Below, one piece after another: positions 24,311-34,019 of a stretch of DNA of 64,000 bases. The DNA comes from a virus. Its lineage: Duplodnaviria; Heunggongvirae; Uroviricota; Caudoviricetes. The notes under the pieces were generated by a model, which worked only from the letters and a program-made list of their open reading frames with translations, ran no database searches and was not told where the DNA came from. The DNA lies in IMG/VR virus record IMGVR_UViG_3300017938_000005; one strand, written 5' to 3'. Position 1 is the stretch's first letter. Each line of letters begins with the position of its first letter. The position numbers and the translations under genes were made by a program.

Positions 24311-25746
24311 GACGCGCCGTAGCTGCCGAACGCTTCGAGGATCGTGCCTTCATCGAACTTCTTGACGCGCCTCATCGCGAGATCGTCCACGTAGCTCGAG
24401 GGACCGACCTTCATGTCGACCGCGTCGAGGTACATGCTGAAGGCGCCCTCGCGCGTCGCGTAGAGCCGGCGCGAGATGCCTGCCTTGTCGAGCGCGGCGC
24501 CGCTCTCCGCGGCGAGCGCGGTGTCGATGCCGATGTTCACGTAGACACGCTCCGCACGAACCTTCTCGATCATCTCGAGCCAGCCGTCGTACTTCTCCGG
24601 CTTGAACGACGAGCCGCGGCCGGTCGTCTTGTAGCCGAGGAGCGTGAGGCGGATGTTCGAGTGCGCGCACTCGCGCACGATCTGTTCGAGCACGTAAAGA
24701 GACGAGGAACCCATCACGTACTGCACGGACGCGAGATTGTCGTCGATGTCGTTCGCCTCGAGGAGCGCCGCGAGCTTCCGGACGTCCTTGGCCGTGTCCA
24801 CCGAGTAGGCGAAGCCGCCGATGAGCTTCGTGATCTTCGGCCAGAGCGAACCGTCGCGGAGCCACGCGAGGTTCTTCGTCGTGAAATTCGGCGTGATGCC
24901 GCTACGATGGAAGGTTTCGAGGATCTCGACGAACTTCGGGTGCATCGTCGGCTCGCCGCCGCCGATCGCGACCTCGAAGACCTTCATCTTCGCGAGCGCG
25001 TAGGCCGCGCCCGAGATCGCTTGCGCGTCGCCGTGCTTGCCCGCGTGCGTCGAGTCCTGGTAGCAGAACGCGCAGCCGTACGGGCAGAAGTCGGTGATCT
25101 TGAGGTCGACGAGTTCGGGAGCCGAGGCTTTCGTCACCTCGCGCGTTTTGCTGGGTTCGTCGAACGAGAATCGAATCTTCGTGCCGTCGGCGCGGCTGAA
25201 GATCGTCCAGTATTTGCCGGCCACATCTTTTCGCGCGACGTACTCGCCGCCGCCGTCTTGCTGGAGCGGGAGCGAGAAACCGCCCTCATCGAGAGGGTGA
25301 GTCTCGTCGGTGTTGTCGTTGCCTCCGAGGATGGCGACGTCGTCACGCATGAAGAACGCGAGGAAATCGTCGAAGAATTCCTTGTCGACGCCCTTGCCGT
25401 CCCACGAGCGCGGCAGGACGTAGAGGCTCTGGTGGTCCACGTAGCCCTCTGGACCTTTGCCATTGTAGGCATATTGACCCTCGGGCGTGCGCGTCGCGCC
25501 CTTGACCCACGAGTCGACGGCGGCCATGGCGACGTCCTCTCCGACTTGGGACTGGAGCGCGGTGAAGAGGTGGATCGCGACGTACTGACGCTTGGCCTCC
25601 GGAGACGCGGCCGTGAAGAAGTTCCACCCGAACTCGCCGCCGTCCGTCTCCGAGTCCCGGACGTGCTGGCCGGGCTTGAGGAAGATGATCGAGTGCGTGG
25701 AGCTACTGTTCGTGGCGAAGCCGAGGCGGACGTTGTGGATGCGCAT
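24307..25746 (-). CDS. radical SAM enzyme with about 220-aa N-terminal extension
   Basis: DFCPYGCAFCYQ CxxxCxxC cluster motif; GGGEPTMHP SAM-binding motif. Confidence 0.8.
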   Translation of the reverse strand: MRIHNVRLGFATNSSSTHSIIFLKPGQHVRDSETDGGEFGWNFFTAASPEAKRQYVAIHLFTALQSQVGEDVAMAAVDSWVKGATRTPEGQYAYNGKGPEGYVDHQSLYVLPRSWDGKGVDKEFFDDFLAFFMRDDVAILGGNDNTDETHPLDEGGFSLPLQQDGGGEYVARKDVAGKYWTIFSRADGTKIRFSFDEPSKTREVTKASAPELVDLKITDFCPYGCAFCYQDSTHAGKHGDAQAISGAAYALAKMKVFEVAIGGGEPTMHPKFVEILETFHRSGITPNFTTKNLAWLRDGSLWPKITKLIGGFAYSVDTAKDVRKLAALLEANDIDDNLASVQYVMGSSSLYVLEQIVRECAHSNIRLTLLGYKTTGRGSSFKPEKYDGWLEMIEKVRAERVYVNIGIDTALAAESGAALDKAGISRRLYATREGAFSMYLDAVDMKVGPSSYVDDLAMRRVKKFDEGTILEAFGSYGAS

Positions 25747-25806
25747 GTTCTTTTCCTTCAGAGAGACTCACTCGCTCGCCGCGCGATTCCTGACACGTGC
25801 GAGCGA

Positions 25807-26046
25807 TCATACGTCGATTGGTCGTAATCCGCTAGAATCACTCTCTGCTCCTGACGTGTAGAGACGGCGAAGAGCTTCGATCCATCGGCCGCGCCGCGTG
25901 ACGTTGCTCCGGATGAACTTCGCATGGCAATCCCAGCAAAGGTGCATGTCCGTCTCTGGCAAGTGCCACGTCGTGTGCGTTGGCTCATCGCAGAAGTCGC
26001 AGACGTCGGGGTCGACACCGATGAGCAGGATCGCCACGGTAGCGAT
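25807..26046 (-). CDS. small zinc-binding protein (CDFCDE...CWDCH)
   Basis: internal Met MIATVAILLIGVDPDVCDFC... Confidence 0.4.
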   Translation of the reverse strand: MATVAILLIGVDPDVCDFCDEPTHTTWHLPETDMHLCWDCHAKFIRSNVTRRGRWIEALRRLYTSGAESDSSGLRPIDV

Positions 26047-26261
26047 CATCCTTCCACGCTTGCGCGCTTGATGAACGCGAAGCAGCGGTTGTTGCTGTCC
26101 GGTTTCTCGATGAAGAACGGGCACGCCTCTGCGCCCTTGTCGTCGCACCACGACATCGCTTCGTAATTGCATCCCGCGGTGCACCGGGAGCAAGACCAGC
26201 GCTCGAAGCCCTCGGGGAGCGGATCGCCGAGGTAGTCGAGGCGCGGAGACTTTGAATTCAT
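26046..26261 (-). CDS. small Cys-rich protein
   Basis: CSRCTAGCNYEAMSWCDDKGAEACPFF. Confidence 0.45.
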   Translation of the reverse strand: MNSKSPRLDYLGDPLPEGFERWSCSRCTAGCNYEAMSWCDDKGAEACPFFIEKPDSNNRCFAFIKRASVEG

Positions 26262-26470
26262 GATCCCTCCCGCTCCACGCTGATCTCGTCTCGGGCACGC
26301 CGGTACGCGTCGAGCGCGTCGCGAAGCTCGGCACGGTCACGACCCTTGATGTAGCCGGTTGCGTATCCGGCGCCGTAGACGATTTTGCCAGCGGCATGGT
26401 CGACGGCCTCGAAGGCGTCCCACAAGCGTTCGATCTCGTTCGCGTTGCACGCGCGCGTCATCCCGTCCAT
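26258..26470 (-). CDS. hypothetical small protein
   Basis: MDGMTRACNANEIERLWDAFEAVDH... Confidence 0.4.
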   Translation of the reverse strand: MDGMTRACNANEIERLWDAFEAVDHAAGKIVYGAGYATGYIKGRDRAELRDALDAYRRARDEISVEREGS

Positions 26471-26694
26471 CCGTCCTTGCGTGCCCGTTCCAGCTCGTCG
26501 CGATCCTCGGGACCATTCACGCTCCGCTGTCCGCGGGTCACGGCCGACTCCACCTCGGAGAGCTGCACCGGTTCGTCTTCGCCCGCGAGGGTGAAGTACC
26601 CTTCCTTTGGGCACCACGCCCAGATCGGGCCGCACAGGGTCCGACCGTCCTTCATCTTGACGTACGTGTCGTGCATGTCTTCCTCCGTCACCAC
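26458..26694 (-). CDS. hypothetical small protein
   Basis: balanced composition. Confidence 0.45.
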   Translation of the reverse strand: MVTEEDMHDTYVKMKDGRTLCGPIWAWCPKEGYFTLAGEDEPVQLSEVESAVTRGQRSVNGPEDRDELERARKDGWTG

Positions 26695-26909
26695 TGAACG
26701 CTGGCTGCAAAAGCACGTTCGACTTCTTCCGGCTCCTCACGTTCACGCAGCTCGGCCTCCGCTTCCGGCATCACATAGGCCGCGAGGCTTCCGGCGTAGT
26801 AGCTCGCGCCGATCTCCGCGCCCCGCGCGTAAGCCCTCGCCTCCTCGAGCGTCGGCATCTGGATGGCGATCTCGAACGAACCCTCCGTGAAGAGGAAGAT
26901 CTTGGTCAT
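26688..26909 (-). CDS. hypothetical small protein
   Basis: balanced composition. Confidence 0.45.
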   Translation of the reverse strand: MTKIFLFTEGSFEIAIQMPTLEEARAYARGAEIGASYYAGSLAAYVMPEAEAELREREEPEEVERAFAASVQW

Positions 26910-27118
26910 CGCTCGGCCTCGGAGAGAATGCGGCCGAGCTTCTGGAGCGAGTACGTGCGCGAAGCCGGGTCATGGTTTCGGATGGTGCCCGGACCGCGGT
27001 GTTCGCTGTCGTGGTAGTCCACGAGGTCCTCCAGCGTGATCTCGGGCGGCAGGATCACCGCATGCTCGCTCACGCAATGCGCCCATAAAGCTATACGACT
27101 ATTTCGAACCTTGCTCAT
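26906..27118 (-). CDS. hypothetical small protein
   Basis: balanced composition. Confidence 0.45.
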   Translation of the reverse strand: MSKVRNSRIALWAHCVSEHAVILPPEITLEDLVDYHDSEHRGPGTIRNHDPASRTYSLQKLGRILSEAER

Positions 27119-27648
27119 CGAATGTCGTCCTCGTCGTATTCCTCAGGAGGAATCTCTGCCCAGTCCGCGCCGCAATCTAAACACTGGTAGTGCACGTGGG
27201 GTTGGCCTTCATGACCCGAGCACGATACCTCGTGCTGGTTCACGGTCCTGCTCATCAAGGAATACGTGTGGCTCCCCTGGAAGCGACCGCGCGCCCCTAC
27301 CCCGTCTTCGCCGCAGCGCGGGCAAGTGGTGAGAGGACGATAGCGCCAATCGTCCCGAGACTCGTCCTTTGCGGCAATTTCGCGAGGGAACGCTTGCTCG
27401 ATCGCGACGCCGGCACTCGACCCGTCTGCTGTGCTCGAGGTTCGATAAGGACCGGCACTGGGCGACACTTCGTCCTCTTCGTTCTCGTCCTCTTCGTCGT
27501 CCTTCTCGTCTTCATCGTCTTCTTCATCCTCTCGAGGAGAGGCGGGTCGGAACGATCGGTAGACATCGCGGGCGATGTTGAAAATGACGTTTCCAGCGGC
27601 AGCGCCGAAGAAGATGGCCACGATCTGATCGAAGCCCACCACGATCAT
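27115..27648 (-). CDS. membrane-anchored protein with poly-acidic tract and C-terminal zinc ribbons
   Basis: N-terminal TM; EDEEDDEDEKDDEEDENEEDE; CPRCG and CLDCG. Confidence 0.5.
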   Translation of the reverse strand: MIVVGFDQIVAIFFGAAAGNVIFNIARDVYRSFRPASPREDEEDDEDEKDDEEDENEEDEVSPSAGPYRTSSTADGSSAGVAIEQAFPREIAAKDESRDDWRYRPLTTCPRCGEDGVGARGRFQGSHTYSLMSRTVNQHEVSCSGHEGQPHVHYQCLDCGADWAEIPPEEYDEDDIR

Positions 27649-28100
27649 GCGACGTCCCTGGCCCGGACGACCTCAGCGACGCCGCGGTCCACGATGACGA
27701 CGACGAGATCGCTCTTCATGTCCTTGAGCTTCTTCCACGCCTCCGCGTCGAACTGTTCGATGAAATCCTCCACGCCGCCGCGAGCGGCGAGCCCGCGCGC
27801 GAAGGGGATCTCGCCGCGGTCGCGATACGCTTGCCAGTCGTGGCCCGGCATGAGCGCGTCTGCGAGAAACTTCCCGTGCGCGTCGTCGGCGTTGATGAGC
27901 GTGATGACGACGTCCTCGGGACGAAGGCTCCGCTCTTGGACGCGCGAGCTGAAATGACGGACGCGATCGGCTTGGGCTTTGGCCGCGACGAGGCAGTTGT
28001 GCTTCTCGACGGCGCGCACCATGGCGAGCGCGACCGGGTCCTCGAGCACGAGTTGCCCGTCCACTTCTCGAACGAATGCTTTCGGTTCTTTCTCATCCAT
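27645..28100 (-). CDS. hypothetical protein
   Basis: balanced composition. Confidence 0.5.
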   Translation of the reverse strand: MDEKEPKAFVREVDGQLVLEDPVALAMVRAVEKHNCLVAAKAQADRVRHFSSRVQERSLRPEDVVITLINADDAHGKFLADALMPGHDWQAYRDRGEIPFARGLAARGGVEDFIEQFDAEAWKKLKDMKSDLVVVIVDRGVAEVVRARDVA

Positions 28101-28103
28101 TTT

Positions 28104-28298
28104 TTAGTCCCCATGCCTCGTGCTACCGAAAGGACTCGTAGCGTTGAAGACGTCTAAATCCATCGCGGCGTAGCGCTTTTCGTCTTGCTCATGCGCCGCA
28201 TCGAGGAGCACGCGCTCCTCCTCAGAGATTTTTTGGCCCTGTTTCGATTTACACCGAGCCTCGAACACTCGGGCCCACTGCTCTTCACTGAGCTTCAT
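28104..28298 (-). CDS. hypothetical small protein
   Basis: balanced composition. Confidence 0.4.
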   Translation of the reverse strand: MKLSEEQWARVFEARCKSKQGQKISEEERVLLDAAHEQDEKRYAAMDLDVFNATSPFGSTRHGD

Positions 28299-28364
28299 CG
28301 TCTTTATCCTCGCGCACGAGCTTGCCGTTCACTTCATGAACGAACGTCCTCGGCCGCTCCTCGC

Positions 28365-28553
28365 TCATGATCCGTCCTCACGACCCGAGAGGATCGCAAA
28401 CCGGTGGATAGTGAGCGCGACGCATGCCGCGCCGACGCCCATGTACACCGAGTGGTCCAACGTGGCGTCTGCTGCGCGCCAGAAGGAGAACGTCCCGAGA
28501 CCGCCGAGCGTCGCCGTCGTGAGCGCGCTCCTCCACCATTTCCATCCCTTCAT
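28365..28553 (-). CDS. small membrane protein (MKGWKWWRSALTTATLGGLG...)
   Basis: internal Met; hydrophobic. Confidence 0.35.
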   Translation of the reverse strand: MKGWKWWRSALTTATLGGLGTFSFWRAADATLDHSVYMGVGAACVALTIHRFAILSGREDGS

Positions 28554-28573
28554 CGCTATTTCTTCCCTTCCAT

Positions 28574-29029
28574 TCATTTCCCGAGACGGGCAGCGATGCG
28601 CCGGCACGCCAGCATCGCGGCCACGTGCTGCTCGTTCTCTTGGTTGTTCGAGACTGCGAGCCGGACGAGAGAAGCAGTCTTGTCGTCGATGAGGCCTCCG
28701 GAGTCGGGTGGACCCGCTGCGGCGAGCGTCTCGATGAAACGCTTCTGTTCGAGGGCGATGTTCTTCTGCTCGTCGATGATCCTCTGGAGCTTGTGCGTGC
28801 GGTCACGAAGGCGCTCGCGTTCGGATGCGGCATCGTAGAGGGCTTGCTGGGCTTGATGAAGCTCGTCCACGGTGGAGCGGTGAAGGACGAAGAGCGCCTC
28901 TTTGGTGAGTGCGAGCATGTCCCGCGATCGCATCCATTTCACCGCCAAGCGCCACGCGATGATGTTGCACGCGAGAAGCGTTGCGATGGAAAAGATGACG
29001 AGGAAGATGTCCAGAGCGGTCACGAACAT
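28574..29029 (-). CDS. membrane-anchored coiled-coil protein
   Basis: N-terminal TM LDIFLVIFSIATLLACNIIAW then a helical charged region. Confidence 0.5.
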   Translation of the reverse strand: MFVTALDIFLVIFSIATLLACNIIAWRLAVKWMRSRDMLALTKEALFVLHRSTVDELHQAQQALYDAASERERLRDRTHKLQRIIDEQKNIALEQKRFIETLAAAGPPDSGGLIDDKTASLVRLAVSNNQENEQHVAAMLACRRIAARLGK

Positions 29030-29042
29030 CGCTTCTTCTTTC

Positions 29043-29651
29043 TCACGCTGCGAGGTACGTGGTCGAGCGCTTGTGGCCGAGCTTGCGGATCTTCCCGCTC
29101 TTGAGCGCGATCCGGAGCGGGACGGGCATCTCTTGGCGCGTCACCTTGAGCTGCCCGCGGATGACCTCCGCGGTGAGGCCGTCCGGGTGCGATCGAACGA
29201 GTGCGGCGATCTCCTCGACCATCTCCTCGAGTTCTTTCTTCGAGCGGCGCTGGAGCTTGTGCGCGTTCGCGAGCGACTTGACCGTGACCCTCGCTCGTGA
29301 GTCGGACGTCTTGAACCGTCTGCGCCCGCGCCAGCTTGCATGTCCGCGCTTCTTCGGGGCGCCTTTTCGGGGACGCGCAGCCCGTGATCCGGGGCTGCCC
29401 GATCCGAGGAGCAGCATGAATTCTCCGACGGACGCGTTTCGGATGGCTTCTACGAGGTCCATCGCGAACCTCGTCGCGAGGGTGTGCACGGTCTCTTGGA
29501 GGCTCTTGGGATTCGGCATGTTCGTTTCGTGTCCGATCGCGGGATGGAGGTTCATGATCCTCCTTCGTTCGAGCGCGCGATTCGTTACATCAATTCTAGA
29601 CCCGACGTTCGATTCGCCGTTCATCCTAAGGCACATCCCAGTCAGTATCAA
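29043..29651 (-). CDS. basic, probably DNA-binding protein
   Basis: Lys/Arg-rich centre RKGAPKKRGHASWRGRRRFK; last gene of the minus block before the strand switch. Confidence 0.4.
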   Translation of the reverse strand: MILTGMCLRMNGESNVGSRIDVTNRALERRRIMNLHPAIGHETNMPNPKSLQETVHTLATRFAMDLVEAIRNASVGEFMLLLGSGSPGSRAARPRKGAPKKRGHASWRGRRRFKTSDSRARVTVKSLANAHKLQRRSKKELEEMVEEIAALVRSHPDGLTAEVIRGQLKVTRQEMPVPLRIALKSGKIRKLGHKRSTTYLAA

Positions 29652-29666
29652 GTAACTTTATGACCC

Positions 29667-30089
29667 TTGCAGCGTACCGCGATTGGTCGTATCGTCTGCT
29701 GCGTGAGCCGCGACTTCGAGAACGACGAACCCATCGACGACCTCATGACAGTTCTCGATCTTCTCGTCGAGCGCTACGGCGAGCACCGGACCTCGCGCGA
29801 GATCGACCGACGCTTCAAAGAGGACGGCCCCTACGTGCAAGTCGGCCACCACTCGGATTTCTCCGTCGACCGGTTCTACCGCTTCAGGATCACGGACCGC
29901 GTCTGCGATGCGCTCGTCTCCTCCGGGCTCGCGAAAGGCAAGCCCGAATGGGGCTACACCGACATGAAGCGCCTGCGTGCAAGTGATTACGGCAAGTCGA
30001 TACTCTGGGAGAAGCGTGGAAAGCTCGGGCTCCACGCTCAGAACGATGAACGGTTTCAAGCATTCTGGTGGCTCTTGGAGAGGGGCTGA
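29667..30089 (+). CDS. hypothetical protein
   Basis: first gene of the plus block. Confidence 0.5.
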   Translation: MQRTAIGRIVCCVSRDFENDEPIDDLMTVLDLLVERYGEHRTSREIDRRFKEDGPYVQVGHHSDFSVDRFYRFRITDRVCDALVSSGLAKGKPEWGYTDMKRLRASDYGKSILWEKRGKLGLHAQNDERFQAFWWLLERG

Positions 30090-30280
30090 CCATGGACGAC
30101 GTTTTTCATCTCGAACTTTCCGCCGAGGAAGCCAAAGCGCTCGCGCTCGCCTTGGAGGTCGCGATCCGTTCGGGCCAGCTCCTCACAGTGCTGGATGCGG
30201 TAGAGGACGACCTCGCGCTCGCCACCATCCTCGTGAAGCTCAAGTCGTTTGCCGGTCGCGAGAAAAAGAGTGGCGCGTAG
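30068..30280 (+). CDS. hypothetical small protein
   Basis: balanced composition. Confidence 0.4.
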   Translation: MALGEGLTMDDVFHLELSAEEAKALALALEVAIRSGQLLTVLDAVEDDLALATILVKLKSFAGREKKSGA

Positions 30281-30593
30281 GCAGTGCAAAGAGTGTCCGT
30301 GGAAGGTCGGCTCGAACCCGCACGACATCCCGGGCAAGTACAGCGAGAAGAAGCATCGCGGGCTGAAAAGCACGATCGCCCGGACAGCGCAGCTCTACGA
30401 CGGACCGCTCCACATGATGGCTTGCCATGAGACGATGCCCGGCAAAGAACTTCCGTGCGTCGGGTGGATGCATCACCAGCTCGGCGTGGGCAACAACCTC
30501 GCGCTTCGACTTCTGGTTATCACCGGCAAGATCGACGGCGACGTCGAGGTCGTCGGTCCGCAGCACGAACGATTCGAGGACACGCTCCCATGA
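30249..30593 (+). CDS. hypothetical Cys-containing protein
   Basis: CKECPWKVGSNPHDIPGKY... Confidence 0.5.
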   Translation: MPVARKRVARRQCKECPWKVGSNPHDIPGKYSEKKHRGLKSTIARTAQLYDGPLHMMACHETMPGKELPCVGWMHHQLGVGNNLALRLLVITGKIDGDVEVVGPQHERFEDTLP

Positions 30594-30895
30594 AGACATC
30601 TCGACGAACCGAGATTGATGGAGACACCACCCTCGCAGATGCAATTGCAATTCTCGAAACCGAGATCGCGGACCGTATACGTTTGGTGACGGGCCTCAAG
30701 GAGCTTTGTCGTGAGGCTCGCCATCCGAGCACCGGCTACTCAGGCATCGGTCGCCCGAAGAAGTACCCTCCATCCGTCGAGGAGAACGTGGTGGCACTCA
30801 TTGCTGGCGGCAAAACACATCGAGCGATTGCGGCGGAACTGAATCTTCCAGTGTCGACCGTGGGAAAAATGGCCAAGCGTGGAGGCAGTCGATGA
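30590..30895 (+). CDS. HTH DNA-binding protein (LuxR/sigma-70 region-4-like)
   Basis: internal Met MKTSRRTE...; GKTHRAIAAELNLPVSTVGKM. Confidence 0.5.
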   Translation: MKTSRRTEIDGDTTLADAIAILETEIADRIRLVTGLKELCREARHPSTGYSGIGRPKKYPPSVEENVVALIAGGKTHRAIAAELNLPVSTVGKMAKRGGSR

Positions 30896-31074
30896 TGACG
30901 AAGGCGGAACTGAAGGATTTGCGAAAGTGCGGAATGCCGAACTGCGGGAAGACGGCAACGAAAAAAGATACGCATGACGAGATGGGTGTACTTTGCACGT
31001 ATTATTATTGCGACACGCATGAGCCTCACGGCGTCGACCTCTCGTACGCGAAGCACGTCAGAGAAGCGCGCTAA
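30892..31074 (+). CDS. small zinc-binding protein
   Basis: CGMPNCGK...CTYYYCDTHEPH. Confidence 0.4.
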   Translation: MMTKAELKDLRKCGMPNCGKTATKKDTHDEMGVLCTYYYCDTHEPHGVDLSYAKHVREAR

Positions 31075-31187
31075 CGATTCTTCGAAACTTCGAAACTTCG
31101 AAACTTCGTCTTGATGGATACGCCGATCTGCATTATGTCCGTTCTGCTGCGCGGCGCGCCGCCGCGTGATCGAAAGGGTGGCAGACC

Positions 31188-33800
31188 ATGGCGGAAAAAG
31201 ACGACTCGCGCGAACTCGTATTGGCCCCGAACGAGAGCGCGCTGATCCTCGACAAGACCAACGGGCAAGTCTTCCTCTACGTCGGCCCGAAGCAGGACTC
31301 GCTCGCGCCGAGCGTGCAGCCCGTCGTCTTCAGCGACAAGACGAAGATGTTCGAGCGCGTCGACCTCGCGCGTGCCGTGCAGCGCGTGACGATCGCGCCC
31401 GAGGGCTGGTACGCCGTCCTCAAGAACCCCGCGAAGAACGGTGGGCACCCGCAGCCCGGCAACAAGGCCGCGATGCCCGAACTCGAGACGGGCAGGAAGG
31501 TCATCATCCCGGGCCCGACGAGCTTCGCGCTCTGGCCCGGCCAAATGGCTAAAGTCCTACCGGGACACCGCCTCCGTTCGAATCAATATTTGATCGTCCG
31601 TGTGTACGATCAAACCGCCGCGCGCGAGAACTGGAAAAACGCGACGATCGAGCAGAGGGATCCCTCCACGACGGGCGCCGAAGCGGAGGTCCCGAAAGAC
31701 CAGTCCACCGAGGTCGACGCGAGCAAGCTCACGACGGGCCAGCTCATCGTCATCCGCGGCACCGACACGTCGTTCTTCATCCCGCCGACAGGCATCGAGG
31801 TCGTTTCCTACAAGGACGATGCGGGCGAGGAGAAGCTCGTGCGCGACGCCTGCTCCCTCGAAAAACTCGACTACGCGATGCTTTTGGATGAATCCGGCGC
31901 GAAGCGTTTTGTTCGCGGGCCAGCGGTCGTGTTCCCCGAACCGACGGAGGTCTTCGCGACCAAAGAAGAGAACAACAAGACGACGCGAAAGTTCCGCGGC
32001 ATCGAGCTGAACGAGACGAGCGGCATCTACGTCAAGGTGATCGCGGACTACAAGGACGAGTCGGGCGATCACAAGGCCGGCGACGAGCTGTTCATCACGG
32101 GCGTGCAAGAGAAGATCTACTTCCCGCGCGAGGAGCACGCGATCATCCGGTACGGCGAGCAAGAGGTCCACTACGCGACGGCGATCCCCGCCGGCGAGGG
32201 CCGCTACGTGCTCGACCGCCTGAAGGGCGAGGTACGCACGATCAAGGGGCCGGCGATGTCGCTCCCCGACCCGCGCAGCGAGGTCTTCGTGAGGCGCGTC
32301 CTCGATCTGAAGCTCTGCGAGCTTCTCTACCCGGGCAACGCCGACGCGCTCGCGCACAACCAGAAGCTTGGCGCGTCGATCGCCGCCGAGGAAGCCGCGG
32401 TGGGCGCCGCCATCACGCGCACGAGCGCGCTGCGCGGCAAGGCGCTCCTCGGCGCGGCGGCCGCCATGTCGCCGGGCTCCGCGACCATGGACGCGCTCTA
32501 CCTGAACGAATCCTCGCTCTCGAACTCGCTCGAGGATCGCGGCCTCGGGCAGCTCGCGGCCACGGGCTTCACCGGCGACGGCTTCGATCGCAAGGGCCGC
32601 TACACCGAGCCCCGCACCATCACGCTCAACACCAAGTACCAAGGCGTCATCACGACGGACATCTGGACCGGGTACGCCATCAAGCTCGTGAAGCGCGACG
32701 GCAGCCAGCGCGTCGAGGTCGGGCCCAAGAGCGTCATGTTCGATTACGACGAGGTCCCGCAGGTCCTCAAGCTCTCGACGGGCAAGCCGAAGAACGCGGA
32801 CAACCTCTATCGCACGGCTTACCTCCAGGTGAAGGGCAACAAGGTCTCCGACGTCGTGGAAATCGAGACCGGCGATTACTGCAAGTTGAACCTCAAGCTC
32901 TCCTACCGCGTCGATTTCGAGGGCGATCCGAGCCATTGGTTTGATCTCGAAAACTACGTGAAGTGGCTCTGCGACCACATGCGTTCGCGCCTCAAAGCGT
33001 CGTGCAAGAAGCTCGGCGTCGAAGAGTTCTACCGCTCCGCGATCGAGCACGTGCGCGACTCCGTCGTCGGGCCGAAGCCCGAAAACGGTTCGCCACGCCC
33101 GGGCACGTCGTTCGCCGAGAACGGCATGCGCGTCTACGACGTCGAGGTCCTCGAGGTGAAGTTCCTCGACCCCTCCGTGGAGCAGCTCCTCGTCAAAGCG
33201 CAGCGCGAGTCGATCACGCAGGCGCTCGAGATCGGCGCGCAGCGCCGCTCGCTCGAGTTCACGCGCGAGTCGTCGAACATCTCCCAGGAGATCGAACACA
33301 CGAAGACGACGACGCGCTTCGCGCTCCTCGCGCTGAAGGAGCAGGAGATCCAGCGCCAGCTCCACCACGACGTCGCCGCGGTGCAGGCGCGCGTCACCGC
33401 CGAGACCGAGATGCACAAGGCCACGCTCCAAAGGGAGAACGCGGAAGGCGAGGTCCAGAAGCTCACGCTCGAACGCACGCGCGTCGCGGCCGAGCAGTCG
33501 CTCTCGTTCGACAAGGAGCGCCAGGCGATGCGCCTCGCGGAAGTCACGGCCGAAGTCGAAGCCGTCGTCAAGAAGGCGGGAGCCATCCAGCCCGGCCTCA
33601 TCGAAGCCATCAACGCGTTCGGCGAGCGCGCCCTCATCGAGAAGCTCGCGTCGTCGATGTCGCCGCTCGCGATCCTCGGCGGCGAGAGCGTGACCGACGT
33701 CGTCAAGCGCCTCCTCGAAGGGACGAAGCTCGCGCAGTTCATCGGCAACGCGCCGGCGAACGGCGCGACGTCCTCGAAGGTCCTGCCGGCATCGCAGTAA
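31188..33800 (+). CDS. major vault protein (MVP) homolog, 870 aa
   Basis: N-terminal beta repeats of about 55 aa; shoulder-like VSDVVEIETGDYCKLNLKLSYRVDFE...WFDLENYVKWLCDHMRSRLKASCKKLGVEEFYRSAIEHVRDSVVG aligning with rat MVP [22 protein letters not shown]...RIIRTAVFG; C-terminal coiled coil ending EAINAFGERALIEKLASSMSPLAILGG. Confidence 0.85.
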   Translation: MAEKDDSRELVLAPNESALILDKTNGQVFLYVGPKQDSLAPSVQPVVFSDKTKMFERVDLARAVQRVTIAPEGWYAVLKNPAKNGGHPQPGNKAAMPELETGRKVIIPGPTSFALWPGQMAKVLPGHRLRSNQYLIVRVYDQTAARENWKNATIEQRDPSTTGAEAEVPKDQSTEVDASKLTTGQLIVIRGTDTSFFIPPTGIEVVSYKDDAGEEKLVRDACSLEKLDYAMLLDESGAKRFVRGPAVVFPEPTEVFATKEENNKTTRKFRGIELNETSGIYVKVIADYKDESGDHKAGDELFITGVQEKIYFPREEHAIIRYGEQEVHYATAIPAGEGRYVLDRLKGEVRTIKGPAMSLPDPRSEVFVRRVLDLKLCELLYPGNADALAHNQKLGASIAAEEAAVGAAITRTSALRGKALLGAAAAMSPGSATMDALYLNESSLSNSLEDRGLGQLAATGFTGDGFDRKGRYTEPRTITLNTKYQGVITTDIWTGYAIKLVKRDGSQRVEVGPKSVMFDYDEVPQVLKLSTGKPKNADNLYRTAYLQVKGNKVSDVVEIETGDYCKLNLKLSYRVDFEGDPSHWFDLENYVKWLCDHMRSRLKASCKKLGVEEFYRSAIEHVRDSVVGPKPENGSPRPGTSFAENGMRVYDVEVLEVKFLDPSVEQLLVKAQRESITQALEIGAQRRSLEFTRESSNISQEIEHTKTTTRFALLALKEQEIQRQLHHDVAAVQARVTAETEMHKATLQRENAEGEVQKLTLERTRVAAEQSLSFDKERQAMRLAEVTAEVEAVVKKAGAIQPGLIEAINAFGERALIEKLASSMSPLAILGGESVTDVVKRLLEGTKLAQFIGNAPANGATSSKVLPASQ

Positions 33801-34019
33801 ATGCCCCGAACCACGGATGTGATGCTCGAGGTCTGGGAGACGTCGGGCATCAAGGTCTACGGCGACGACGGCGCCTTCCACAACACGGACGTGGTCGAAG
33901 TCCATTTCGTCTTCGACCACGTCACCGTGAAAGTGGACTACGACGATGCGAAACAGATTCATGACAAGCTCGGCTCGCTGCTCGCGGACGTCGCGAAGAT
34001 GAAGTACCGGTGCCCGTGA
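33801..34019 (+). CDS. small conserved protein directly after MVP; paralog of 56063..56290
   Basis: MPRTTDVMLEVWETSGIKVYGDDGAFHNTDVV...DDAKQIHDKLGSLLADVAKMKYRCP vs MPGPSIDVSLEVWETAGVKLYDDDGAFHNTKVL...NDAKKLHEKLSALLADAAKMKYKSP. Confidence 0.55.
   Translation: MPRTTDVMLEVWETSGIKVYGDDGAFHNTDVVEVHFVFDHVTVKVDYDDAKQIHDKLGSLLADVAKMKYRCP

Noticed and set aside
24661-25827. 388-aa plus-strand ORF opposite the radical SAM gene
   Set aside because: Arg/Glu/Val-rich, no motifs; the minus strand encodes a clear radical SAM protein.
31557-33962. 801-aa minus-strand ORF antisense to the MVP gene
   Set aside because: Extremely Arg/Ala/Leu/Asp-rich with no motifs; typical antisense artefact of a high-GC coding region. 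The plus-strand MVP reading has clear homology features.
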